Assembly: GCA_951406725.2 (NCBI GenBank)
Contig: OX597815.1
Span: forward strand, 7,378,001-7,442,000
Reading direction: 5' to 3'
DNA length: 64,000 nt
From: Octopus vulgaris
Lineage: Eukaryota
The position numbers and the translations under genes are program-made. The notes beneath the pieces are model-generated. The model saw nothing but the letters and a program-made list of their open reading frames with translations. It was not told the origin of the DNA and did no database searches. Positions 27,851 through 40,409 of this stretch are shown piece by piece; the stretch's first letter is position 1, and every line of letters starts with the position of its first letter.

Positions 27851-29540
27851 GCAGTGATGGTGGTGGTGGTGGTGGTGGTGGTGGTGATGGTATGATGATA
27901 GTAATGGTGGTGACGGTGGTGATAGTTGCTGTAGTGGTCGTGGCATTAGCATGGTGATGATGATGGTGGTGGTGATCGCGCGGGGCTGGAGTGCTGCTAG
28001 CAAGTTGCAACGAAGATGGTCGTAATGGTGGCGATAATGGGGAGGATATTAGGGGTTTGTGGTTGTAATCGTAATGATGATGGTTAGAAACGTTAGCACG
28101 CCAGGCGAATATGCTTAGCAGTATTTCGTCTGCCGCTACGTTCTGAGTTCAAATTCCGCCGAGGTCGACTTTGCCTTTCATCTTTTCGGGGTCGATAAAT
28201 TAAGTACCAGTTACGCACTGGGGTAGATGTAATCGACTTAATCCGTTTGTCTGTCCTTGTTTGTCCTCTCTGTGTTTGGCCCCTTGTGGGTAATAAAGAA
28301 ATAGATTCTGCCAGCTCGCCGCTTTAATGGTGGCGGTAATGGTGGCGATGTCAATATTGTGGTGGTCATGGCGTTGGTATGGTGATACTGGTGGTAGGGG
28401 TCAAATGGATGGTGGTGGTGGTGGCACTTAATGGTAATGGTCTCGATGGTTAGCAGATTGATTAGTATTTGAACTGATTTCGTTTAACCCCAGGTCTGCC
28501 ACAACTGGGCATTGAGTAGCAGCTCAGCACACTCTGTCCCTTCCAAGGGTATTATACATCTGTGATTACTTTTGTACACTGCATCCTTCCCGTTTCAAGA
28601 TGGTAGAATGTCATTTAGATAAGATGTGGCTGTTATTTCAAGCCGGTCGAATGACCTTTTGGGTTTGATGGTAGTGATGGTGATGGTACTGATAGCAGTG
28701 ATGGTGGTGGTGGTGGTGGTGGTGGTGGTGGTGATGGTATGATGATAGTAATGGTGGTGACGGTGGTGATAGTTGCTGTAGTGGTCGTGGCATTAGCATG
28801 GTGATGATGATGGTGGTGGTGATCGCGCGGGGCTGGAGTGCTGCTAGCGAGTTGCAACGAAGATGGTCGTAATGGTGGCGATAATGGGGAGGATATTAGG
28901 GGTTTGTGGTTGTAATCGTAATGATGATGGTTAGAAACGTTAGCACGCCGGGCGAAATGCTTAGCAGTATTTCGTCTGCCGCTACGTTCTGAGTTCAAAT
29001 TCCGCCGAGGTCGACTTTGCCTTTCATCCTTTCGGGGTCGATAAATTAAGTACCAGTTACGCACTGGGGTAGATGTAATCGACTTAATCCGTTTGTCTGT
29101 CCTTGTTTGTCCTCTCTGTGTTTGGCCCCTTGTGGGTAATAAAGAAATAGATTCTGCCAGCTCGCCGCTTTAATGGTGGCGGTAATGGTGGCGATGTCAA
29201 TATTGTGGTGGTCATGGCGTTGGTATGGTGATACTGGTGGTAGGGGTCAAATGGATGGTGGTGGTGGTGGCACTTAATGGTAATGGTCTCGATGGTTAGC
29301 AGATTGATTAGTATTTGAACTGATTTCGTTTAACCCCAGGTCTGCCACAACTGGGCATTGAGTAGCAGCTCAGCACACTCTGTCCCTTCCAAGGGTATTA
29401 TACATCTGTGATTACTTTTGTACACTGCATCCTTCCCGTTTCAAGATGGTAGAATGTCATTTAGATAAGATGTGGCTGCTATTTCAAGCCGGTCGAATGA
29501 CCTTTTGGGTTTGATGGTAGTGATGGTGATGGTACTGATA
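27851..29540. repeat. Recent ~846-bp tandem duplication
   Basis: 27851-28694 is near-identical to 28695-29540, each with a rearranged SINE A. Confidence 0.93.
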
Positions 29541-30379
29541 GTAGTGATGGTGATGGCGGTGATGGTGGTTGAGTTCGTAGTTGTAGTGGTGATGGATCAT
29601 TGATTGTAATGGTGGTGGTGGCGGTGGTAATAGTGATGGTGGGTAGTCGAGTTCGTGGTAGTAGTTGTAGTCGTGGTAGTAATGATTGCAGTGGTTGTGG
29701 TGGTGTGATAGTGGTGATGGTGGTGGTCGTCGTTTTTACTGGCGTCATTACTGGTTTTGTGGTGACGTTGATGGTGGTTGTTGAGGTTAAGGTTAGAACC
29801 GGTGTCTTTTGTCGGTGTAGCCTCAAGTCATGGCTCACACAACCTCTCACACGTAAATCGTCGGTCTAACAACAAAAACGCGTCAACCACAAATGCAAAT
29901 AAATTAATGCTATCTATAGGTCTGTCTAAGGACCATATATGCGTACTGACAACTGGCTTATCACATAGGATAGAGTGTGTGAATCTTGCCAGTTACGTCG
30001 TCGTCTGTGTCCAGTCTATTTCTGGCGAGAGTCACAGCTGAGGAAGGTCAGATAAACTCGTTTATATTTCGTAGGTTGTTGTTCTGCTTTATTTTCCGTT
30101 GATGATGTGTATGATGACACTGTGCTTCGTTCTAATGAGGCTTTCGACGCTGCTGAATTTCTTATATTCATATATATTTTTTTAAAAATAAATATTTGAA
30201 AAATTGATGTACACAAGGGGATAGACAAAAAAAAAGTGTCACTGATTGAAATTTTCCAATTAGTAGGAGAAAGAAAAAAAAATCTAGGCTATTGTTGGTG
30301 ACTATCAAAGGAAAGGAGGACATGACTTTATGAAATTAACTTCTGGGAGTTGATTTACATGCTTAAGAGAAAGTTAGTT

Positions 30380-30760
30380 CTTTGTTTGCAAGTAAGGGAC
30401 AACTATAAACATGTTCCAGTCTGTTTGACCTCATCAGCACAGTATATTCTACTCAAACTCACTTTTATCAATTGACAAAGATTTTTACGTTGAGCTACGG
30501 ATAATTTTTGACCAATATAATTTTCAGAATTAACCAGCAAAATGATCTAAAGGAAATAATTCAAATTAAGCCGTTGGCACGAATTTGCAAGTTAAGGGCT
30601 GTTTTACTAAATGCTGTATAAAAAGAGAATCTATGGAATCTGCGTGAGATTTTTAGAAGGACCAAAAATTTTATGATGATGGAAGATGAAGATATTTTCT
30701 GGTTGTTAATGGGTTTGGTAATTGAACAGGTCGTGGCAACGAATATATGGATTTAAGCAA
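30380..30760 (-). mobile_element. Penelope-like element 3' remnant
   Basis: Frameshifted KIFGPSKN../IDSLFIQHL/..ALNLQIRA resembles the PLE GIY-YIG C-terminus (ESLxIxxLKPxLNxQ) and is followed by a hammerhead motif. Confidence 0.5.
30403..30442 (-). ncRNA. Decayed hammerhead motif
   Basis: CUGUG-CUGAUGA-GGUC(AAACA)GACU-GGA-ACAUGU-U-UAUAG; GAAA mutated to GGAA. Confidence 0.6.
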
Positions 30761-30949
30761 TGACTGTGAGAGAGATCAGCACGTACACTTGCGTCCACCA
30801 CAATTTCAGATTTCTTTATCGCGTTTTTGGTATCTGATATAAAAAAAGAAAAAAGCGTCGCAGTTATGGTTTTTTGTTTTAGAAGAATGTGAGAAATCTA
30901 ACGCGAATTCCGTCTTCTTCGGGTGATTATGGTAACTTTTCTTTACAAA

Positions 30950-31135
30950 AGAGATTTGGTAAATGTTCTTTAAAAAAAGGTTTGGTAAATATTCTTTAAA
31001 AAAGGTTTTGTAACTGTTGGAAAAAAATGGTTTGGTAACTGTTCTTGGAAAAAAAAAAAAGGTTTGGTAACTGTTCTTGAAAAAAAAAAGGTTTGGTAAC
31101 TGTTCTTGAAAAAAAAAAAGGTTTGGTAACTGTGT
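30950..31135. repeat. ~25-30-bp minisatellite
   Basis: (A)nGGTTTGGTAACTGTTCTTG-like unit, ~7 copies with variable A-tract. Confidence 0.9.
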
Positions 31136-31367
31136 TGCCTAACTGGAGGAACGTACGTTGCTTGAAGTCATAAATGTGCTGTATGACATAACGTGACTAT
31201 TGTTAAAGGATGTTGCTAATGTCGATTATTTTAAATAGTGAATGTCGCTCAGTTTTCTGTTTTTATTCGGTTAATACTCTGTTGTTTTATTGTTTAGTTT
31301 GTATCAGTTGCCTTTTATTTCTTGCTGCAGTCAGTTATTTATTCTATTCAGGACTAAAGGCTTCCTG

Positions 31368-31409
<42 letters not shown>

Positions 31410-31668
31410 CGATTTTACTGTTCCTCGACTCACATGAAAACAAACTCGCTCTTGAAATTAGTTCAATAACCGGGGACAAATGCAGAGAACAATGCACCAA
31501 AACACGCACAAACGCTTCACTCTCTAATGACATTTAACGAAGGCACAGAATAATTTCTGCCTTTATGATAACATATTTAATGCATTATGGAGCTAAAGTC
31601 ACGAGTTGTGGGGATATGTGTGTGTGTGAGTGTGTGAGTCAATGAATGTTTCTATGTAGAGAGATATG

Positions 31669-32101
<433 letters not shown>

Positions 32102-32449
32102 TTCAGGGTTGCAAAATATATCAATATATATAATGCAAGCATCATCTGATGCAAAATTCAGTCGCGTAGGTAAGAGTTGTTATTTACATTTATTACATCA
32201 AAGAGTGATCGTGTCCACTGAGGTTTGCTCTTAGCTCAGCTGTTTACGACCATTGGAAGGTTTAAAGAGTTTAGAGGTTAAAAAATAAGAGTAAGCTGAC
32301 CTTAGATGTGCCCCTGTGTGGCTGAGGTGACACATGTCTTTCGCAACTCATTTAATGATGTAGGGATTACAATGGAAAGTGATCAAAGTATATGTCTAGG
32401 TTATGATAATCCTGCTCTCTGCACACACACACACACACACACACTTATA

Positions 32450-32655
32450 TACGAAGGGATGTTGAAAAGGTCCTGATTTTCAGGGTGCCGCGAAAAAGGT
32501 CTGGTTGGAAGCCCCAAACTTCCGGGTTCTCTTACAGGGCTTAGAAAAGCTGAAGGACGACTGCAATAAGTGTGTGAATCTGAGAGGGGAACATGCTAAA
32601 TAAAATCATAATTTACTGATATATGGCCACAGCTCGTGAGCTGAAACTGGATAAA
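32450..32655 (+). mobile_element. Mariner-derived MITE
   Basis: TACGAAGGGATGTTGAAAAGGTCCTG end; NKCVNLRGEH resembles the mariner transposase C-terminus; same family as 56593-56813. Confidence 0.7.
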
Positions 32656-32663
32656 ATATAAAA

Positions 32664-32739
<76 letters not shown>

Positions 32740-33493
32740 TGACACAAACACATGTGTACTCACACATATGCGTACACGCACACATATACACACACACGAT
32801 GCTGTCCACTCGTAACCGAGGAAGACCATCACTAACTATTGCCCATGCAAAATGTCAGTGATACCTGTGCGTGAGGTTATTGCACCCGCTGGCAGCTTCA
32901 CTCGATTTCCACGCTCGCCGATGCACCCTCCTACTCGACTGGGCATCGGAAAGTCGCGATTGTTCAACCTAAGATTTTAGATCCAATAAGGTTTGCACAA
33001 AACCTCACAGATCCTCTCCTCCCTACTGACATGATCCAGAGACAAGCCAGAGCAATACATCCAGTGCCAATATGAGTCGCAGGGTCAGGATTGTGGGAGC
33101 GCTATGATCACAATATCAAAAGTCCCTCAAAATGTTAAATGCCATTCCCCGCATGCCTGGTTTTATATCATAGCGAACTTTTTCTAGAGACATGCTTTAA
33201 CAAAAGCTGGTGAGTGCCTCACTCCTAGTGGTCTTCCAGCACACCGCACACCAACCCGGAATATCTGAGGGCCTATGCTGTTGCTGGATAATCGTTAAAT
33301 CTACGCTAGGTTCATCCGATCTTTTGAAAGGTCTCGTTTCTAGTCTTGTCCTACTAGATTTCTAGCAACGCTCCTCACTAGGCAATCCGAGTGGAGGTGC
33401 ATGTTTAGTCGCCGACAACTTGACCATGCAACAGGTTGTACTGGATTCCATGTTATCATGAGCACTCATGAGAGTCCCCCTCACTTGTGACAC

Positions 33494-33572
<79 letters not shown>

Positions 33573-33616
33573 CATATATACATATATATATATATTTATA
33601 TATGTATATATATATA

Positions 33617-33664
<48 letters not shown>

Positions 33665-33750
33665 TATTTTATCATATTGAACTGTTATTCCGTCCACATT
33701 TTTTCTCTCTCCGTTTTCGTCGTTCTCTCTCCTTGTTTTCCTCTCAACCA

Positions 33751-33784
33751 TTTCTGTTGAAGAGCGTACGCTCGAAATGTCAAA
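33751..33784 (+). ncRNA. Minimal hammerhead-like motif, A6U variant
   Basis: UUU-CUGUUGA-A-GAGC(GUAC)GCUC-GAA-AUGU-C-AAA in a repeat (33670-33873) embedded in (TA)n. Confidence 0.5.
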
Positions 33785-33897
33785 GACTTTTCCATTCTTC
33801 CCGAGCGTCAAACTAATACACCTGCATATTGCTCCCTCACTTGTGTTCAATTTTTTTTCTGTAAATTTGAACTATATATATATATATATATATATAT

Positions 33898-34208
33898 ATC
33901 ACAGTGATCACGGTGACCGACCAGGCTATCAGATGTTGCTACACATCGCTGGTCACTATGCGCTTCGCATTGTTTTAGCCTTCAAATGACGCTACCCCGC
34001 TGGCTAAGCGAGCAGGCCACCAGTAGAATGAGTGAGAGCGAGAGTTGTGGCGAAAGAGTACAGCAGGGATCGCCACCACCCCCTGCCAGAGCCTCGTGAA
34101 GCTTTAGGCGTTTTCACTCAATAAACACTCACAACGCCCGGTCTGGGAATCGAAACCGCGATCCTACGACCGCGAGTCTGCTGCCCTAACCACTGGGTCA
34201 TTGCGCCT

Positions 34209-34211
<3 letters not shown>
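33898..34211 (-). mobile_element. tRNA-derived SINE family C
   Basis: Reverse complement of GGAGGCGCAATG.CCCAGTGGTTAGGGCAG..GGTTTCGATTCC head. Confidence 0.85.
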
Positions 34212-34276
<65 letters not shown>

Positions 34277-34296
34277 CAAGGATGTACAGGTGTCAA

Positions 34297-34383
34297 TACA
34301 TTACGGCCGTTTCAAACGACTCCTTTTAATTGATCAATGAAAACACTACATCAATTTGAAATAAACCGCTATCTTCAAACGCA
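34297..34383 (-). ncRNA. Decayed hammerhead motif with long stem II
   Basis: UGCGU-UUGAAGA-U-AGCGGUUU..AAUUGAU...AUCAAUU..GAGUCGUU-U-GAA-ACGGCCGU-A-AUGUA. Confidence 0.55.
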
Positions 34384-35087
34384 GATGACCATATAGTTTT
34401 CAAACACAAAGGCTAAACCATTTTTAACAAATTTACATCAATAATAGAACCGGAGATCTGTGCGGACTATACCAAACTGGCAAGGTGCCTCAATTTAAGT
34501 ACCTAATTCAACTGAATCTTAATTATATATATGTATGTATGTGGATAAATGCTTTCTTTGTGCATTTTCAATATTACCATAGGTTTCATGCATTATTATT
34601 CGCAATTTTCAAGTTTTCCTCTTAAGAAAGATGGTATTCCGCCTTCGTTTTTGATTTGGTAGCCAAATATGTGTATATGTGTGTGTGTATGTGTGCATGT
34701 GCGTGTGTGTGTGTATACATGCATTGTCGCTTGTTCCCGTTGTTTGTAAATATGTAGTTGAGTTGTTGCATATATCCGAGTGTGTGCATGTCTACGTGTA
34801 TCCATGTCTATGTGTATATGGATACTTCTCCCTATTGGATATACGGTGTTGGTCTACGTACGTCACCGTAACTTAAATGTTCGGCAAAAGAGAGCAATAG
34901 AGTTAATACCAGACTCACCAATGCCAGAGTATATTCGATCACCTAAACCCTTCGATCTGTCAGTAGCTAAAACAAGTGAAAGACTATATGTGAGTGTATC
35001 TGTATGTGTGTATCTGTATGTATCTGTATGTATCTGTGTGTGTAAGCATTATGCATGTATACGCACACACATACATATATGCATATA

Positions 35088-35228
<141 letters not shown>

Positions 35229-36008
35229 TGTATATACGTGTAAGATTCAGCTTTATTTCATCTGTATTATTGATCAGATAATATTATTTCAATAGACAAT
35301 ATTAGAAATTTCCGAAACTTCCTACCTTCAATATCTTCACAAATAGCTTTCTTACTCCACCCATCATCTTCTCTCTCCTCTTACTCTCCCACTTCAACTC
35401 AACCTACTTTCTTCTCCTCACACTTTACTCTCCTCCTCTTCCTCCTCCGTGTATTATCTCACATCTTCATTGTCTTCTTATATTTTGCCTTCATTTTATA
35501 TAATATTTTTTTTTTTTACTTTTATTTCTCTGAAAGCAAATATAATTACGTAAAAAAAAAAAATATTGTAAGCAAAAATATCTGATAAATTTGTTTTAAC
35601 GTTCATTTTATTGAAATATTCCACTGACGAGTCATCTTCAATGTTCAGTTTCAAAATCTATATATGCATTCCAAACTTTAAACAAAAATTCGCTTTGCTT
35701 TATTACAGTTCTTTGTTACTTTTTTAAAAAATTTTCTTTTTTGCAGACGACAATATGGCTGCGATACTGAGACGTTACTTTCTATTGCCTTTCAAATATG
35801 GCTTATTAATTTTCCAAAATGCTAATTCTTCCTTTCATATCTCTCGTTCATTTGTTCTCCATTACGCACTTATTTTCTGACTGCTTTTTTTTTTTTTTTT
35901 TTTTCTAATTTTCATATTTTTCCATCTTTTCGCTTTTCTTCTTAAATTTCTATAATTCTTTCTCGTTTCTTTCCTTCGTCTCAGCAACGTCATATTTTGA
36001 CATTCAAC

Positions 36009-36480
<472 letters not shown>

Positions 36481-36956
36481 CATACATCAATTATGCAACT
36501 CACACGCGTTCAAATATGATTTATTATCACAAACCAGTTTATTTTAAAGTTAGCGACTCGGCAGTGATAGGCTTTTCATTACCAGTTAGTGAATTGAATC
36601 AAAAAAGAAACCTGTACACATTCGTATGAATTGTCAGAAATAGCAGCCAGATTCTTTCAAATCATATTGTAGAGCGAGTTTTCCTAAGCCGTACGTCTTT
36701 CTTTGTCATCTATGTTATCTACTATCATAGATGATGTCGTTACTCTTGGAAGTTCAGGCCGGCCTATACAAGCATGCGTGTGTAGTCACGTATGTATGTA
36801 GGAATGTATACTTGTTAATCTGAGGGGAGTCAATGTGAGCAGCAACTAAAGGAACATTACAAAATCCACAGAAAGATCAAACACATACATATATTCATAT
36901 ATTCATTTATATCTACAGAACAGATATAAAGTCCGACGTTTAAAAATATAATAATA

Positions 36957-37097
36957 TAAGGTTGTCCCAAAAGTTCGGAGAAAGTCTTGGAAAATAATGG
37001 TCTTTATTTTGAGGAATAATTTTTGTTGTTTTTGTTAGTACTTGGCGAGTAAAAATTCAATTTTCGCAAGTGTTTACGAACTTTTGGGACAACCTAA
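36957..37097. mobile_element. Small Tc1/mariner-type MITE
   Basis: Perfect 19-bp TIR AGGTTGTCCCAAAAGTTCG (36959-36977 and 37077-37095). Confidence 0.75.
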
Positions 37098-37399
37098 TGT
37101 ATAAATAAATAAACATCATATAAATATATAAGAATCAGTGTTGAACATATAACATTGAATTTACGCTTAAAATCATAAAACATTTGGTAAAAATTTGTTA
37201 AATTAAAAGATTTGGGGCAATATTTGTGGGAATGTATATGCATGTTTTTTCTTTAAGCTTTATTTAAGTTCTCCTTAATGGCTTTCAATCCGGTCGTCAA
37301 CAAAGGGACAAGAGTATAGTCGCTTGTTCCCGTTGTTTGTAAATATGTAGTTGAGTTGTCGTTGCATATACCCGAATGTGTGCATCTGATCTTCTAAAG

Positions 37400-37895
37400 A
37401 ATCTCAGATGGAGAATCTTTGGAATGTCTTCCAAATCTTGGATTTGGAGAATATACGTCAGTTTCTTTTGCTCTTTCTTCCAAAGCGTAGTATTGCTAGG
37501 TTTTTGTGTAACTTTGTAGGTACATAACTTAATGCGCCTATAATGATATGTACAAATGCGAATTTATAGCCAGTGTACAAGGGCTGTAAGTTCTGCATTA
37601 ATTCCCCCTAATGTTCTCTTTTTATCGGGTTTTTGATGGTACATTCACATCCACTTGGCAGCTGACATCTGCAACAGTGCATCACGTTTGTCCCCTGTCA
37701 ATATAAGTCCTATTATGTCTGCACCGAATTGTTGCTTTTATTGGTTCTAACATGCCTTTGATGTATACGTCAGGGCTGCCCTTCCTGCAGATAGTGTTGT
37801 AAATAGTCTTTGCAACTATATTATTCCTCGGGGGCAGATAGTATTTCGTAGACATTTTGGGGTAGCTGTTGAATAAGTAGGTGATATCTTCCACA
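37400..37895 (-). mobile_element. RLE-type (R4/Dong-like) LINE 3' remnant
   Basis: PKMSTKYYLPPRNNIVAKTIY (decayed CCHC/RHN region), IRCRHNRTYI, CTVADVSCQVDVNV (restriction-like endonuclease motifs). Confidence 0.65.
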
Positions 37896-37903
37896 CTAGT
37901 ATA

Positions 37904-38560
37904 GGCGGCGAGCTGGCAGAATCGTTAGCACGCCGGGCGAAATGTTGAGCGGTATTTCGTCAGCCGCTACGTTCTGAGTTCAAATTCCGCCGAGGTCGAC
38001 TTTGCCTTTCATCCTTTCGGGGTCGATTAAATAAGTACCAGTTATGCACTGGTGTCGATATAATCGACTTAATCCGTTTGTCTGTCCTTGTTTGTCCTCT
38101 CTGTGTTTAGCCCCTTGTTGTTGGCATCCTTTTTGTCTCGGGAGACAATGGAGTTGCGCATAAAGTAGTCTAGTCTGGCTTTTACATTTCATGTCCTGAT
38201 ACATTTCCTGCTGTGGCTGTGTAGTCCTATCCTGGACAAACACTCCCTCTGGCATGTACCGCAAATGTAGCGAAGACTGTTCCTGGCTGGTTGTAATGCC
38301 ATAGTTTCTTGTTGACGTATTTTCTTGTCTTTCCATTTCTCCTCTCTCTCTCTGTCACTCCTTTGTATTCCCTCTTTACGGTACGTCGCCAGTCTCCACG
38401 GTTGCCGGCAACTGTCTCCCAACCGCTAATATTGATGTTGCAGGGCTTCATGTCCCTTTTGCAAACATCCTTGTAACGTAAGAGCGGTCTACCCACAGAC
38501 CTAGTACCCCTAGCAAGCTCTCCGTAGAGTATGACCTTGTATGTGGGTAGTAAAGAAATA
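37904..38560 (+). mobile_element. SINE A split by an RTE insertion
   Basis: 37904-38118 ends at GCCCCTTGT; the tail GTGGGTAGTAAAGAAATA resumes at ~38543. Confidence 0.85.
38117..38542 (-). mobile_element. RTE LINE 3' fragment
   Basis: LYGELARGTRSVGRPLLRYKDVCKRDMK..W and YICGTCQRECLSRIGLHSHSRKC; short (CAA)n tail. Confidence 0.85.
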
Positions 38561-39379
38561 GGTATAGCAGAGCCGATATTTTCTATTACAACGTGGAGGT
38601 TGGTGGTATCTTTGTCTCTCTTCTTGGTCCGGTATCTAATAGCTAACTCCTGTTCCAGAATAATGAAGGCATATTCTTCTAGGTCGAATGTAATGTATCT
38701 GTCACAAGTCTAGAAGAAGCTACTCCATCTGTCTATACTGTTGTTATCCTCTAGCTTACGAGATGTGAACCCATGCATTGCTTATTGCTGGTATGATGCC
38801 TACTTCTCCTCGAAGCTTCTGTTTAGATAGGCCAGTCCAGCCTACTTCGGGCTACATGAGGAAGCTGTATTCTCAGAGTACCTACCCAGTAGTTCTTTCC
38901 CAACTCTGAAGATTTTGTTGCTCTCATTTTTGAGTATGAATGTAATGTACTCATTACCTTACATTTCAAGAGGTGTTGTCTGAGTAATACAGTGCGATAT
39001 TTAAGGGCTGTTTGGACTCACCTTACTCATTGGCTGCCATTTATTTGTCTCACATAGATCCTAACGATGGTACCTAATTAGTGCTCGCAGCGAAAACCAC
39101 AAAGTTTGGTGAGGTGCTTGTCATATTATATACTACATACTGTATATTATATATGCGTGTATGTGTGTATGCCGATATTCATATATACCAATTAGGATTG
39201 CTGCTTATTATAATTACTGTAACGTAGTTGGAATTTTGCACGCTACGCTATCCGGGGGTGGTGGGTGACCCTCGTTTAATCGCGTTAGGTATAGGAGCGT
39301 AGTGCAGAATATTCTAGCAAACTCGAACCTGTGGTTGAGCCTCGCGACTTGTAGTGTATTTTTTACTGTACCATACTCT

Positions 39380-39418
39380 ATCTATCTTTCTATCTGTCTG
39401 TTTGTTTGTCTGTCTGTC

Positions 39419-39464
<46 letters not shown>

Positions 39465-39591
39465 TATACACATACATACATACATACATACATACATACA
39501 TACATACATACATACATACGTAAATATACGTATATATATATATACATGCATATATGCATAATACAAATATATACACACGTATATATATGTA

Positions 39592-39658
<67 letters not shown>

Positions 39659-39922
39659 ATATATATATATATGTATACACATACATACATACATACATAC
39701 ATACGTACGTACGTACATACATACATACATACATACCTACATACATACATACATACATACATACGTACATACATACATACATACGTACATACATACATAC
39801 ATACATACATACATACATACATACATACATGCACGCACACACACACACTTATATATTGAACAGGGCACGAGCGCCGCGAATGAGAGAGGGAGAGAGGGAG
39901 ACAAGCAGAGAACGAGAGAGAG

Positions 39923-39972
<50 letters not shown>
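39380..39972. repeat. Compound (TA)/(TACA)/(TATC)/(GA) microsatellites
   Basis: Direct. Confidence 0.95.
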
Positions 39973-39978
<6 letters not shown>

Positions 39979-40409
39979 AGCCAGAGAGAATAGATGCAAT
40001 GGAAAGACAAACTGAGCGCGAAAAAGACAAAAAAGACTCACCATTTTGTCTTTATTTAAGCAGCTACTTGAAACGTAATAAAGGAAGAGTTATTGCTGTG
40101 TGTATATGCGTGTATATATGCGTGTGTATATGCGTGTATATATGCGTGTATATATGCGTGTGTATATGTGTGTGTATAATTAAATTATATATATACACTC
40201 CTAGTCATATTACGAGGAGCATTATGAAGTGTATATAAATTACATAAAAGTGGACTTTGAATAGTCCTCTCGGTTTCTCTGGGGACGACATCTTGACTGA
40301 AAGCTGCTCTTCGTTGACAATATACGTAGGATATTATTATTGTGGGTAATGGGTGCATGTTTGTCTGTGTGGGTATGAGTGTGTGGTGAGCGTGTAAGTG
40401 TTTGTGCGT

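Noticed and set aside
35610-35660. CTGACGA at ~35625 (and ~20201) as hammerheads
   Set aside because: No suitably placed GAAA with pairing stems I and III.
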